In this document: positions 28,816 to 37,439 of the stretch, piece by piece
How positions within the stretch are numbered: position 1 is the stretch's first letter
Layout of the letters: every line of letters starts with the position of its first letter
Program-made: the position numbers and the translations under genes
The notes under the pieces: generated by a model
What the model was told of the DNA's origin: nothing
Database searches by the model: none
What the model saw: the letters and a program-made list of their open reading frames with translations, nothing else
Source of the DNA: a virus
Lineage: Duplodnaviria > Caudoviricetes
DNA length: 60,563 nt
Reading direction: 5' to 3' (one strand)
IMG/VR virus record: IMGVR_UViG_3300032083_001059
Span: 1 to 60,563 of that record

Positions 28816-29163
28816 ATGCCAGTATATACATTTTACAATAAAGAAACAGATGAAACTTATGATAAGTTGATGAAAATATCAGAAAAAGAAACTTATCTAA
28901 ATGACAATCCTCATGTTGAGAGTATCATATCTGCACCAGCGATAGTAGGTGACCATGTGGTAAAAAGAATGGACGGCGGTATGAAAGAAGTTTTTAGTCG
29001 TATTTCACAAGCTCACCCTAATAGTCCACTTGCTGATAGATTCGGTGATAATCGCACAAATGCACAGAAAAAGGTGGAAAGTATAGGTAAAAAGCATGGA
29101 ATGGTACGCAAAGATGGTGGACAAGATGTTAGTAAACTTACACGAACATACAAAACTACATAA
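28816..29163 (+). CDS. FmdB-like conserved T4-like protein
   Basis: MPVYTF...YLNDNPH...FSRISQAHP. Confidence 0.65.
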   Translation: MPVYTFYNKETDETYDKLMKISEKETYLNDNPHVESIISAPAIVGDHVVKRMDGGMKEVFSRISQAHPNSPLADRFGDNRTNAQKKVESIGKKHGMVRKDGGQDVSKLTRTYKTT

Positions 29164-29166
29164 ATA
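29159..29166 (+). promoter_or_regulatory. late promoter variant CATAAATA
   Basis: One mismatch; upstream of phoH. Confidence 0.5.
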
Positions 29167-29268
29167 TAACTGTATAAGTTTCAATATAATAACAAGATTA
29201 ATTCTTAAATTTTAAAGAACTTATATAGGGGGGATTTCCCCCCACCTTTAACTTGGAATAAATTAAAT

Positions 29269-29973
29269 ATGTCAAAGAAAAAAGAAATTAGTAACTCAGA
29301 TTTAGTTGAGATTAAACCAATTACAGATAATCAAAAATTAGTTTTTGAATCATATAAAAAAGGTTTAAATCAATTTTTATTTGGCTGTGCTGGAACTGGT
29401 AAAACTTTTGTTTCAATGTATCTTGCTTTTCAAGATGTGTTAAAAAATGAAACACCATATGAAAGAGTGGTAATGGTTCGCTCTTTAATACCTACAAGAG
29501 AGATAGGTTTTTTACCAGGCGATGAAGAAGATAAAGCTGCATTGTATCAAGTGCCATATTCTAATATGGTACAGTTTATGTTCAAGCAACCAAATGAACA
29601 AGCGTTCAATATGCTATACGACAGATTAAAGGCTCAAGGAAGTTTTTATTTTCTTTCAACATCTTTCCTTAGAGGTTTAACTTTTGATAACTCAATCATA
29701 ATAGTAGACGAATGTCAAAATTTAAATTTTCATGAGCTAGACACAATTGTAACAAGAGTAGGTCAAGATTCTAAAATTATTTTCTGTGGAGATTTCATGC
29801 AGACTGACTTGACTAAAATGAATGAGAGAAATGGATTGCATGACTTTTTAAGAATACTAGAAGAAATGAAACAGTTTAACTGTGTTGAGTTTGATATTGG
29901 GGATATAGTTCGCTCTGGTTTCGTTAGAGATTATCTCATTCAGAAAACTAAATTAGGAATAGGAGTAGAATAA
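29269..29973 (+). CDS. phoH: PhoH-family ATPase
   Basis: GCAGTGKT, IGFLPG, LRGLTF, DECQN, GDFMQTD, IVRSG. Confidence 0.95.
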   Translation: MSKKKEISNSDLVEIKPITDNQKLVFESYKKGLNQFLFGCAGTGKTFVSMYLAFQDVLKNETPYERVVMVRSLIPTREIGFLPGDEEDKAALYQVPYSNMVQFMFKQPNEQAFNMLYDRLKAQGSFYFLSTSFLRGLTFDNSIIIVDECQNLNFHELDTIVTRVGQDSKIIFCGDFMQTDLTKMNERNGLHDFLRILEEMKQFNCVEFDIGDIVRSGFVRDYLIQKTKLGIGVE

Positions 29974-30446
29974 TGGCTTTTAAACTTTCAAGTAGGTCAC
30001 TAGGTAGACTTGACGGAGTAGATGAAAAATTATCTAACATTGTTAAGAAAGCGATACAATACACAAAAATAGACTTTGGAGTTATACAAGGACTCAGAAG
30101 TATAGAGGAGCAAAAAGAATTAGTTGCAAAGGGTTTATCAAAAACTATGAACTCAAAACATTTAGAGGGTCGTGCAGTAGACTTAATGGCTTATCTAAAT
30201 GGTAGAGCTTGTTGGGAAGTTAATGTATATGATGATATTGCAGATGCAATGAAACAAGCTGCAGTAGAGGAAGAAGTGCCGCTGAGATGGGGTGCAGCTT
30301 GGACTGTATCAGATATCCGTATGTTTTCAGGCACGATGGAAGAAGCTATGACATCATATGTTGATATTCGTAGATCACAAAATAAACGCCCTTTCATAGA
30401 CGCACCTCACTTTGAACTTATGACTACAATCAACGGAGGTTTTTAA
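29973..30446 (+). CDS. endolysin, M15 L-Ala-D-Glu peptidase-like
   Basis: GLRS..EQ, SKHLEGRAVD, DAPHFEL. Confidence 0.85.
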   Translation: MAFKLSSRSLGRLDGVDEKLSNIVKKAIQYTKIDFGVIQGLRSIEEQKELVAKGLSKTMNSKHLEGRAVDLMAYLNGRACWEVNVYDDIADAMKQAAVEEEVPLRWGAAWTVSDIRMFSGTMEEAMTSYVDIRRSQNKRPFIDAPHFELMTTINGGF

Positions 30447-30461
30447 TTAGAAATTAATATT

Positions 30462-31127
30462 ATGTTTTATCATTTGAATGTGAATCTGACTGACTTAAAA
30501 ACAAAAACAATAAACAAAAAAAGATACTATGTAACTCCACATGGAAAAGAATATCCATCAATCACCACTGTTCTTTCAGTTAAGAACAAAAAGGGATTGA
30601 TGGAGTGGAGAAAGAGAGTAGGCAATGAAGTTGCAACTTACATTAGTTCCAAATCTGCAATTAGGGGAACTCATGTTCACTCTATGTGTGAGGATTATCT
30701 AAATAATAAAGAAATTTACAAAGATGAATGGATTTTTCTACATTATGTATTGTTTAAACAGTTAAGAGATAAGGGTTTAAATAATATAAATAATATTCAC
30801 GCACAGGAGTGTGCATTATATTCTGATGAATATGAAATAGCTGGTAGAGTTGATTGTATCGCAGAATATAAAGGAAAGTTATCAGTCATTGACTTCAAAA
30901 CTTCATCTAAAGAAAGAAAAGATGAGTGGAATGAAAATTATTACATACAAGCCTCTGCATATGCAGAGATGTATCGTGAGAGAACAAACACAGAAATAAA
31001 TCAAATTGTAATATTAGTTGTTACAGAAGATGGAGTTGTGCAAGAGTTTATTAAAGATAAAAACTCATATATACCATTATTAAAAGAATCTGTGGAAGCA
31101 TGGAAAAACAAGGATATTCTACAATGA
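30462..31127 (+). CDS. PD-(D/E)XK exonuclease
   Basis: YPSITTVL, RGTHVH, AGRVDC, IDFKTS, QASAY. Confidence 0.85.
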   Translation: MFYHLNVNLTDLKTKTINKKRYYVTPHGKEYPSITTVLSVKNKKGLMEWRKRVGNEVATYISSKSAIRGTHVHSMCEDYLNNKEIYKDEWIFLHYVLFKQLRDKGLNNINNIHAQECALYSDEYEIAGRVDCIAEYKGKLSVIDFKTSSKERKDEWNENYYIQASAYAEMYRERTNTEINQIVILVVTEDGVVQEFIKDKNSYIPLLKESVEAWKNKDILQ

Positions 31128-31474
31128 CAGACGAAAGAGTAAAACTAACAGATGCAGCTAAACAAAAATTGCAATTTATGTTATTTGATGATGGTAAATC
31201 TGTTGACTATAATAATCAGATTAGATTATTTGTAGTGGGTGGTGGTTGTGCTGGACTTAATTATGGTTTTGATTTTTCACTTGAAGAAGATGATGATTAC
31301 AAGATACCATTAAATAATATGAATGATGCGTTTTTAGTTGTAGACCCAATGAGTTTTCCTTACATTGAGGGTGCAACAATTGATTACACAAAAACACTTA
31401 TGGGTGAATCATTTACATTCAATAATCCAAACGCATCTGCAACTTGTGGCTGTGGCTCATCTTTTGCAGCCTAA
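31124..31474 (+). CDS. A-type Fe-S cluster carrier (IscA/ErpA/HesB)
   Basis: GGGCAGLNY, IDY, NPNA..TCGCGSSF. Confidence 0.93.
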   Translation: MTDERVKLTDAAKQKLQFMLFDDGKSVDYNNQIRLFVVGGGCAGLNYGFDFSLEEDDDYKIPLNNMNDAFLVVDPMSFPYIEGATIDYTKTLMGESFTFNNPNASATCGCGSSFAA

Positions 31475-31617
31475 TGAAAAAAAGTACAAAAACAATAACT
31501 AGGTGGATTCTAGCAATCATTCTATTTTTTATTGCAGTGTTAATACATGACGCAAATACAGTTGGTATTGATATAGCTGGTAATACCTATGTTATGAAAC
31601 AAGTTTCCAATTATTGA
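31474..31617 (+). CDS. small membrane protein (47 aa, not in ORF track)
   Basis: TAATG coupling; TM segment. Confidence 0.45.
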   Translation: MKKSTKTITRWILAIILFFIAVLIHDANTVGIDIAGNTYVMKQVSNY

Positions 31618-31624
31618 AATTGTC

Positions 31625-31654
31625 TTGACATACTATCATTAAGTGTGTTAGACT
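31625..31654 (+). promoter_or_regulatory. sigma70-type promoter TTGACA-18-TAGACT (extended -10)
   Basis: Near consensus, intergenic. Confidence 0.6.
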
Positions 31655-31714
31655 ATTAGAGTTTTGTTAGTTGTACTCTGAAAAAACAATTAACATCAAA
31701 AAAAAGGAGGCAAT

Positions 31715-31942
31715 ATGAACTATCTTGAAACTGCGAAGAAATGGCTTATGTCCATTTTAGATTTAGGTCTTGTAGTGGTTGCACTAGCAGTCGTACTACA
31801 AGTCTTATTTGGTGAGGCTGTGCCATTTGTAGGTGGTGATGTAGTTGCCAATGTAATTCAATTAGTTAACGCTTTGGGTAGCCAAGGGTTAGTTGGTTTA
31901 GTTGCAGTTGGTGTTCTATTTTGGGTTTTTAATCGCAAATAG
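31715..31942 (+). CDS. small two-TM membrane protein, host-like
   Basis: AAGGAGG RBS; own promoter and terminator; hydrophobic. Confidence 0.75.
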   Translation: MNYLETAKKWLMSILDLGLVVVALAVVLQVLFGEAVPFVGGDVVANVIQLVNALGSQGLVGLVAVGVLFWVFNRK

Positions 31943-31957
31943 AATCGTATTAAGTTT

Positions 31958-31993
31958 TGGTGGTTGTACTTGGAACAACCATCATTTTTTTTT
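31958..31993 (+). terminator. rho-independent terminator
   Basis: TGGTGGTTGT/ACAACCATCA stem plus T9. Confidence 0.85.
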
Positions 31994-32008
31994 ATTATGA
32001 GGGTCGTT

Positions 32009-32221
32009 ATGTTAACTTCAAAATCTTTTTCTCTTGAAGTGGAAACAATTGCAAGAGAGAAAAAAATCACACACATGGAAGCAGTTTTAGAATACTGCAA
32101 AGAACATCAACTTGAACCTGAGTCTGTTGCAAGACTTGTATCAAAAGGTCTCAAAGACAAAATAGAAGCAAACGCAAGAGATTTAAATTATTTTCCTAAA
32201 CGAGCAAAACTTCCAGTTTAA
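32009..32221 (+). CDS. 33: late transcription coactivator gp33
   Basis: FSLEVE...MEAVLEYC...LKDKIEANARDLN; precedes gp59. Confidence 0.85.
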   Translation: MLTSKSFSLEVETIAREKKITHMEAVLEYCKEHQLEPESVARLVSKGLKDKIEANARDLNYFPKRAKLPV

Positions 32222-32817
32222 TGGAGCCTATTGATATCTATCTAATGTATTGTGCAATGAAAGCTCACTTTGGTAAAAGTGATTATGATTTTATTAAGTA
32301 TGAGGGTAAGTCAAAAGTATCTAGGGATTCTTTTTGGAAAAGAAAAGACAGGTCTTTTTTCGTAAAATTATCACGCAAATATAAAACTAAAGATGAAATA
32401 AAAGATTATCTTGTATCTAATTTTGTTAAAGAAAATAAAGGGTGGGTTGGTAATTTTACTGATGAAAATTATATTCAATGGAAAAACACTAATTTAATTG
32501 AACTGTTTAAAAAAGACATTTCATTATTATTAAAAAACTTTGAAGATGGGAAAATTATATTTGTAGTTCCAAAGAGTGGACACCCAAAATTATTAAGAGA
32601 ATATCTAGGAAAAAGAATATCAATTGAAACCATGATTATTTTAGACGAGATTACAAATTATACTTCAAATTGGAATATATCTTTAAAAGATGATGTGGTT
32701 TGGCCAAATATAAATTATTTAATGAATAATTACAAAAAGTTCTTGACAATAGACAAAAAACAATGTAGAATAGACTTATTTAAATCAATAAAAAGGAGTA
32801 AAGATGTCAACTTATGA
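32221..32817 (+). CDS. 59: helicase loader gp59
   Basis: YCAMKAHF..YDFIKY.GK..F.KRKD, HPKLLR.YL...ISIET. Confidence 0.88.
   Translation: MEPIDIYLMYCAMKAHFGKSDYDFIKYEGKSKVSRDSFWKRKDRSFFVKLSRKYKTKDEIKDYLVSNFVKENKGWVGNFTDENYIQWKNTNLIELFKKDISLLLKNFEDGKIIFVVPKSGHPKLLREYLGKRISIETMIILDEITNYTSNWNISLKDDVVWPNINYLMNNYKKFLTIDKKQCRIDLFKSIKRSKDVNL
32743..32771 (+). promoter_or_regulatory. sigma70-type promoter TTGACA-17-TAGAAT
   Basis: Near consensus in gene 59 3' end. Confidence 0.7.
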
Positions 32818-33031
32818 ACAGTTGCAAAAAGACAAAGACTGGTTTGAAAACAAATCAGACAAACTTGAAGCTAAAGTAAAACAGCTTCAATATGACCTTG
32901 CAGAGTTGCAAAAAAGCAATTCTGAACTTTTAGAGAGGTGTAAAAAACTTGCATCTCGCCAACCAGCTTGGCCAAAGGGGTATCGTCCACAACGATACTA
33001 CAATAGTAATAGAAATGCAGCTAAGCAGTAG
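32804..33031 (+). CDS. coiled-coil hypothetical protein
   Basis: AAGGAG RBS. Confidence 0.65.
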   Translation: MSTYEQLQKDKDWFENKSDKLEAKVKQLQYDLAELQKSNSELLERCKKLASRQPAWPKGYRPQRYYNSNRNAAKQ

Positions 33032-33686
33032 CACAGTAGAACTATTAGACCACATGGGCAGTGATTTGACTATTGCAAACGCAGCTCGTGTGTCTTTTGG
33101 TAAAAGAAAAGAACAATTTGATGCAAAAGATGTTGGACTAATTAATTATCTTGCAAGGCATAATCATTGGAGTCCATTTGGGCATGCATCTTTACAGTTT
33201 CACATTAAAGCACCAGTATTTGTTGCACGACAGTTAGTAAAACATCAAGTAGGTTTAGTATGGAATGAAGTAAGTCGTAGATATGTAGATACTGAACCAG
33301 AGTTTTTTAAAGTTGATTCTTGGAGAGGAAAAGCAGAGAATAAAAAACAAGGCTCTGATGAAAATAAAACAGTTGATAAAATTAAAAAAAATGCATTGTA
33401 TTCAGTTTCAACATCTTCACTTAAAGAGGAAATTGAATCAGATGCATTAAGAAATTATAATTTAATGCTACAATCTGGTATTGCACCAGAGCAAGCTAGA
33501 ATGATATTACCACAATCAATGATGACTGAATGGTATTGGAGTGGGAGTCTATATGCGTTTGCAAGAGTTTGTAATTTAAGATGTAAGCCTGATGCACAAT
33601 TAGAGTCAAGACAAGTGTGTGATTTAATTGATACAAAAGCAGAAAAATTATTTCCAATAAGTTGGAGAGCGTTAAGAGATGAGTAA
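33015..33686 (+). CDS. thyX: flavin-dependent thymidylate synthase
   Basis: AARVS, HWSPF, ARQLVKH, NEVSRRY, EQARMILP, AQLE. Confidence 0.95.
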   Translation: MQLSSSTVELLDHMGSDLTIANAARVSFGKRKEQFDAKDVGLINYLARHNHWSPFGHASLQFHIKAPVFVARQLVKHQVGLVWNEVSRRYVDTEPEFFKVDSWRGKAENKKQGSDENKTVDKIKKNALYSVSTSSLKEEIESDALRNYNLMLQSGIAPEQARMILPQSMMTEWYWSGSLYAFARVCNLRCKPDAQLESRQVCDLIDTKAEKLFPISWRALRDE

Positions 33687-34344
33687 AGTTATAGTCTATG
33701 GAAATGGGAAATCTCGTTTAAAGTATGATGATACTATTTTTGATAATGTTATTACATGGGGTTGTAATGCGATTTATCGTGATATGAAAGTGGATAACCT
33801 TGTTTCTGTAGACTATGGCGCTCAGCATGAAATCTATACATCAGGATATGCAAAAGAAAACAATTGCTGGTTTTTAGATTGGAACATACTACCAAGAGAA
33901 TTTACCATTATGGGTAGTACATTTAATTTAAAATTCAAAAACTTTTATGAAAATGAACCTACTGAAAATGGTTGTGTAATAAACGGAAAACCAAATGATG
34001 ATTTATATACTACATGGATAGATGATGTAGATAAAGTATCTAACATTGATTATCCTAGAGAGTGGTGCTCTGGTGCGACTGCAATTCATCTTGCGTGTCA
34101 GCAAGGAGCTAAAGAATTATTTTTACTTGGATTTGATTTGAGTATAAATAATATATATGAGGGAACAAAAAACTATCCTAAACAAGTAGAACACCCTGAA
34201 TGGAAACAACAGTTGTGTACTACTTTTAGGGAGTTTGGAGATACTGAGTTTTTTTGGGTTGAACCTCAACACTCAGTTGAATCTCTCACTAATTTTAATT
34301 TAAAATATATAACATACGATACATTTAAACATACGATAACATAA
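33679..34344 (+). CDS. Maf/CstII-like (MptE-fold) putative glycosyltransferase
   Basis: GNGKS, GCNAIYRD, VSVD, SGATAIHLA, LLGFDL. Confidence 0.55.
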   Translation: MSKVIVYGNGKSRLKYDDTIFDNVITWGCNAIYRDMKVDNLVSVDYGAQHEIYTSGYAKENNCWFLDWNILPREFTIMGSTFNLKFKNFYENEPTENGCVINGKPNDDLYTTWIDDVDKVSNIDYPREWCSGATAIHLACQQGAKELFLLGFDLSINNIYEGTKNYPKQVEHPEWKQQLCTTFREFGDTEFFWVEPQHSVESLTNFNLKYITYDTFKHTIT

Positions 34345-34347
34345 GGA
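34311..34347 (+). promoter_or_regulatory. AACATACGATA tandem repeats running into the gene 32 RBS
   Basis: Copies at 34311 and 34328, variant AACATAAGGAG at 34338. Confidence 0.55.
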
Positions 34348-34354
34348 GATTACT

Positions 34355-35236
34355 ATGTCGTTAGACGCACTTAAGAAGAGCAATTCGCTTGACAAACTTC
34401 TCAATGCAGTAAAAGAAGATTCTGCACCTCAAGAGAAAAAATCATATGTAGACGAAAGACTTTGGAAGCCAGTATTGGATTCATCTGGTAATGGTTACGC
34501 AGTTATTCGTTTCTTACCAGAAGTTCAAGGTGAAGATATGCCTTGGGCAAAAGTTTGGAATCACGCATTTCAAGGCCCAACTGGACAATGGTATATTGAA
34601 AACTCTCTTACTACTATTGGACAAAAAGACCCTGTGTCAGAACACAATACTAAATTGTGGAACTCAGGTTTAGAGTCTGATAAAGAAATCGCAAGAAAAC
34701 AAAAGAGAAAGTTGCAATACTTTTCTAACATCTATGTTGTGAGTGACCCAAAGCACCCAGAAAACGAAGGTAAAGTTTTTCTATTCAAGTATGGAAAGAA
34801 AATCTGGGATAAGATTAATGAAGCTATGTCACCAGCATTTGAAGATGAAAAACCAATTAATCCTTTTGATTTTTGGGAAGGTGCAAACTTTAAATTGAAG
34901 ATTCGTAAAGTTGATGGATATTGGAACTATGACAAATCTAGTTTTGATGCACCATCTAAACTAAAAGAATCTGATGAAGATTTGAATAAGATTTGGAAAA
35001 ATCAATATTCACTTAAAGAGTTTACTGCACAAACAAACTTCAAGTCATACGAGGAACTTAAAACTCGTTTAGATGCAGTTCTTTCTGGAACAGTATCAGT
35101 TGGAAATGTAACAGAGGACATTAATGATGATGTTCCTTTTGCAGAGCCAAAAGTTGATACCAAACCAATTGAGTCTAAACAAGATAAAGATGACGATGAT
35201 ACAATGGGTTATTTTGAAAAACTTGCAAACTCATAA
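34355..35236 (+). CDS. 32: single-stranded DNA binding protein gp32
   Basis: DERLWKP, GNGYAVIRFLP, WYIENS, GANFKLK, acidic tail. Confidence 0.96.
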   Translation: MSLDALKKSNSLDKLLNAVKEDSAPQEKKSYVDERLWKPVLDSSGNGYAVIRFLPEVQGEDMPWAKVWNHAFQGPTGQWYIENSLTTIGQKDPVSEHNTKLWNSGLESDKEIARKQKRKLQYFSNIYVVSDPKHPENEGKVFLFKYGKKIWDKINEAMSPAFEDEKPINPFDFWEGANFKLKIRKVDGYWNYDKSSFDAPSKLKESDEDLNKIWKNQYSLKEFTAQTNFKSYEELKTRLDAVLSGTVSVGNVTEDINDDVPFAEPKVDTKPIESKQDKDDDDTMGYFEKLANS

Positions 35237-35298
35237 AGAAAGGTCTGACACTTCCTACTATTGCTGAAGCTAGCTAGGTTTAAATAGTTTAATGTGTT

Positions 35299-35332
35299 AT
35301 CCCCCACAGAGCTCATAGTGGGGGATTTTTTT
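35299..35332 (+). terminator. rho-independent terminator between convergent genes
   Basis: ATCCCCCAC/GTGGGGGAT plus T tract. Confidence 0.8.
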
Positions 35333-37025
35333 ATATGGAGCTTGTAGTAAGTTGTCTTAAGAGTGGATCTGGATTTACTATCAAATGACTTGCTTGCTGA
35401 ACTGTTGTTGCATTATTAACAGTTCTTGCACTATTATCCATAACTACTGTTTGTCCACTCGTATTTTCTTTTACTTGTGGTGATGCATCAATCATCTCAG
35501 TTCTTTGTGCAGAATTAGTTTGTGCAGTTGTTGGTGTGGTTGAAACACTACCACCTTTCATTTTTTCAGAGAATACTCTATTAAATGCTTCAAGTGGACT
35601 TTCACCAAAAGGTGCAGCTGCTTTTACAGCTGCTACTACTGCACTAAGCATCGCACTTATAAAATTACCTATTGGTGCAAGTTTTTCTTTTATAGCGTTT
35701 ATAAAAGGCTTAAAAAAATCAAGAACTGGTTTAAAGAAATCAATCGCAGTTTCTAGTTTTGGTTTTATGAATCTGTCGTAGATACCTGATATAAAATTTA
35801 ATACAGGATCAAATATTCCAGATATTATACTCGCACCAAAGTCTAGTGCTTCATCAATCATTGGTTTTATGTTATTTGTATAAATCCCCCCAATAAACTC
35901 AATCACACTATTGAACATATTTTTAATACCACCTAAAATCTTTTCTCCTATTTCGGTTTCTGTCAAGAATACATATACACCAGTCAATGCAGCTATAACT
36001 GCACCAACTGCTAAGCCTATTGGGCCAAACTTAGATGCAAATTTAAAGATGGGCCCTGCCTTTCCAAAAAACTTACCCAACGCACCTACTGATTTTGCTG
36101 CTCCACCTTTAGCAGAATCTTTTAATCCTATTGCTGTTTTTCCTATGCGTGTATTCACTGCTGTGAAAGCAGCTTTCAATTTTTTAAAATCAAATAACAT
36201 TGGTATTGATTTTAAGATTGCACCACTTGCTTTAAAAACTCCTTTACCTATGGAAACAAATGCACCACCTAGTGCAACGATTCCTTTACCAAGTCCAAGT
36301 AAAAGTTTACCGCCTGCTTTAAGTCCATACTTTGCGAGTGTGATACCTATTTGTAGTGCAACTTTTGTAAGTCCAAATCCTATCTGTGCAATTGCTGTTC
36401 CTAATTTAAGAACAGTTGGGAGGAGTCCAAAAACTATAGGTAATAGTTTAACAGTTAGAAAAGTTCCTAATGCTAAAAGTCCAAGAGGGCCTGGGCCTAA
36501 TTCAAAAAGTGCTTTACCTAGTGGAAGTATTATGTTATTATATAAATTAAATACTGCTGGAACTAATGTGCCTGTTATGTAATCTATCATTTGACCAAAA
36601 AGTGGACTTTGAAGAAATCCAATAATTGCTGGAAGAAAAATAAACAGTGCAGCTTTTGAGATAAAACTTAAAAGTCCACCAGCACCTTTTTTTGCGAGTC
36701 CACCAAGACTTGCTAATCCTCCACCTAAACTTTTACCTAATCCTTTAAGTTCACCACCAAGTCCAGTTATACCTTTGGCAATATTAGTTTGTAATTTAAA
36801 ATTTTTACCAAAATCTAAAATTTGACGAAAACGACTTTTCTTATCATCTCTGTCTGTTTTCTTTTTTGAATCTTTAGCTTCTTTATCGCTCTTACTTGTT
36901 TTTGTTGTTTGACTATCTAACGCTTTTGCAATTGCGTTAAGTGCCATAGTGTGACGACTATCTCTACCAGCCTCACTTCTATTGTTCTTTTGTAGTTGTG
37001 CTATAACTTCGTCAAGAGTTGCCAT
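35331..37025 (-). CDS. tail tape-measure-like protein (gp29-like)
   Basis: 564 aa, G/A/L-rich amphipathic repeats, hydrophobic segments, S/T/N-rich C-terminus; downstream of gp26/gp51. Confidence 0.65.
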   Translation of the reverse strand: MATLDEVIAQLQKNNRSEAGRDSRHTMALNAIAKALDSQTTKTSKSDKEAKDSKKKTDRDDKKSRFRQILDFGKNFKLQTNIAKGITGLGGELKGLGKSLGGGLASLGGLAKKGAGGLLSFISKAALFIFLPAIIGFLQSPLFGQMIDYITGTLVPAVFNLYNNIILPLGKALFELGPGPLGLLALGTFLTVKLLPIVFGLLPTVLKLGTAIAQIGFGLTKVALQIGITLAKYGLKAGGKLLLGLGKGIVALGGAFVSIGKGVFKASGAILKSIPMLFDFKKLKAAFTAVNTRIGKTAIGLKDSAKGGAAKSVGALGKFFGKAGPIFKFASKFGPIGLAVGAVIAALTGVYVFLTETEIGEKILGGIKNMFNSVIEFIGGIYTNNIKPMIDEALDFGASIISGIFDPVLNFISGIYDRFIKPKLETAIDFFKPVLDFFKPFINAIKEKLAPIGNFISAMLSAVVAAVKAAAPFGESPLEAFNRVFSEKMKGGSVSTTPTTAQTNSAQRTEMIDASPQVKENTSGQTVVMDNSARTVNNATTVQQASHLIVNPDPLLRQLTTSSI

Positions 37026-37282
37026 TATTTTTTACTTGACCCTGTGTAAAGTCCAAACCATGCAGCTCCAGCACCTACCACAATACTGACTAAACCACTT
37101 TGCTCTATTGTTGGGTTACTTAATTCCATATACCACATAACGACTGCATAGAGTAGATAGATATAAGTTGTTATGAATATTCGTGGAAAGATTCTCCACT
37201 GGTCAACTGCACGAGCCATATCTATCCATTTTTGGTAACGATTAACTTCTTGACTTTGCTCTTTCTTTTTCAATTCTTTCAT
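37025..37282 (-). CDS. small two-TM membrane protein
   Basis: DQWRIFPR...VVGAGAAWFGLY. Confidence 0.65.
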   Translation of the reverse strand: MKELKKKEQSQEVNRYQKWIDMARAVDQWRIFPRIFITTYIYLLYAVVMWYMELSNPTIEQSGLVSIVVGAGAAWFGLYTGSSKK

Positions 37283-37439
37283 TTTCTTCCCTTATATGTT
37301 CTGCGAGTAATCCCACATATATTTCCCTCTCCCAAGGCATCATATTCTCTAACTCTGTCAAACTATATTTATGATGTTGCATTAGTGCAAAATTTGTTTT
37401 ATAGTAATTAAACAAACTATCATGGGAGAGCGCTATTCT
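37242..37439 (-). CDS. 51: gp51-like baseplate hub assembly domain, probably made by -1 frameshift from gp26
   Basis: RIALSHDSLFNYYKTNFALMQHHKYSLTELENMMPWEREIYV; no ATG before the conserved part. Confidence 0.75.
   Translation of the reverse strand, partial: RIALSHDSLFNYYKTNFALMQHHKYSLTELENMMPWEREIYVGLLAEHIREENERIEKERAKSRS

Noticed and set aside
31657-31695. preQ1-I riboswitch
   Set aside because: Similar layout (AGAG stem, 12-nt loop, A tail) but the loop has no cytidine for ligand pairing and the downstream gene is not queuosine-related.
35536-36582. Plus-strand ORFs (81 and 223 aa) and the many other antisense ORFs in the track
   Set aside because: Shadows of real genes on the opposite strand, without RBS or recognisable motifs.
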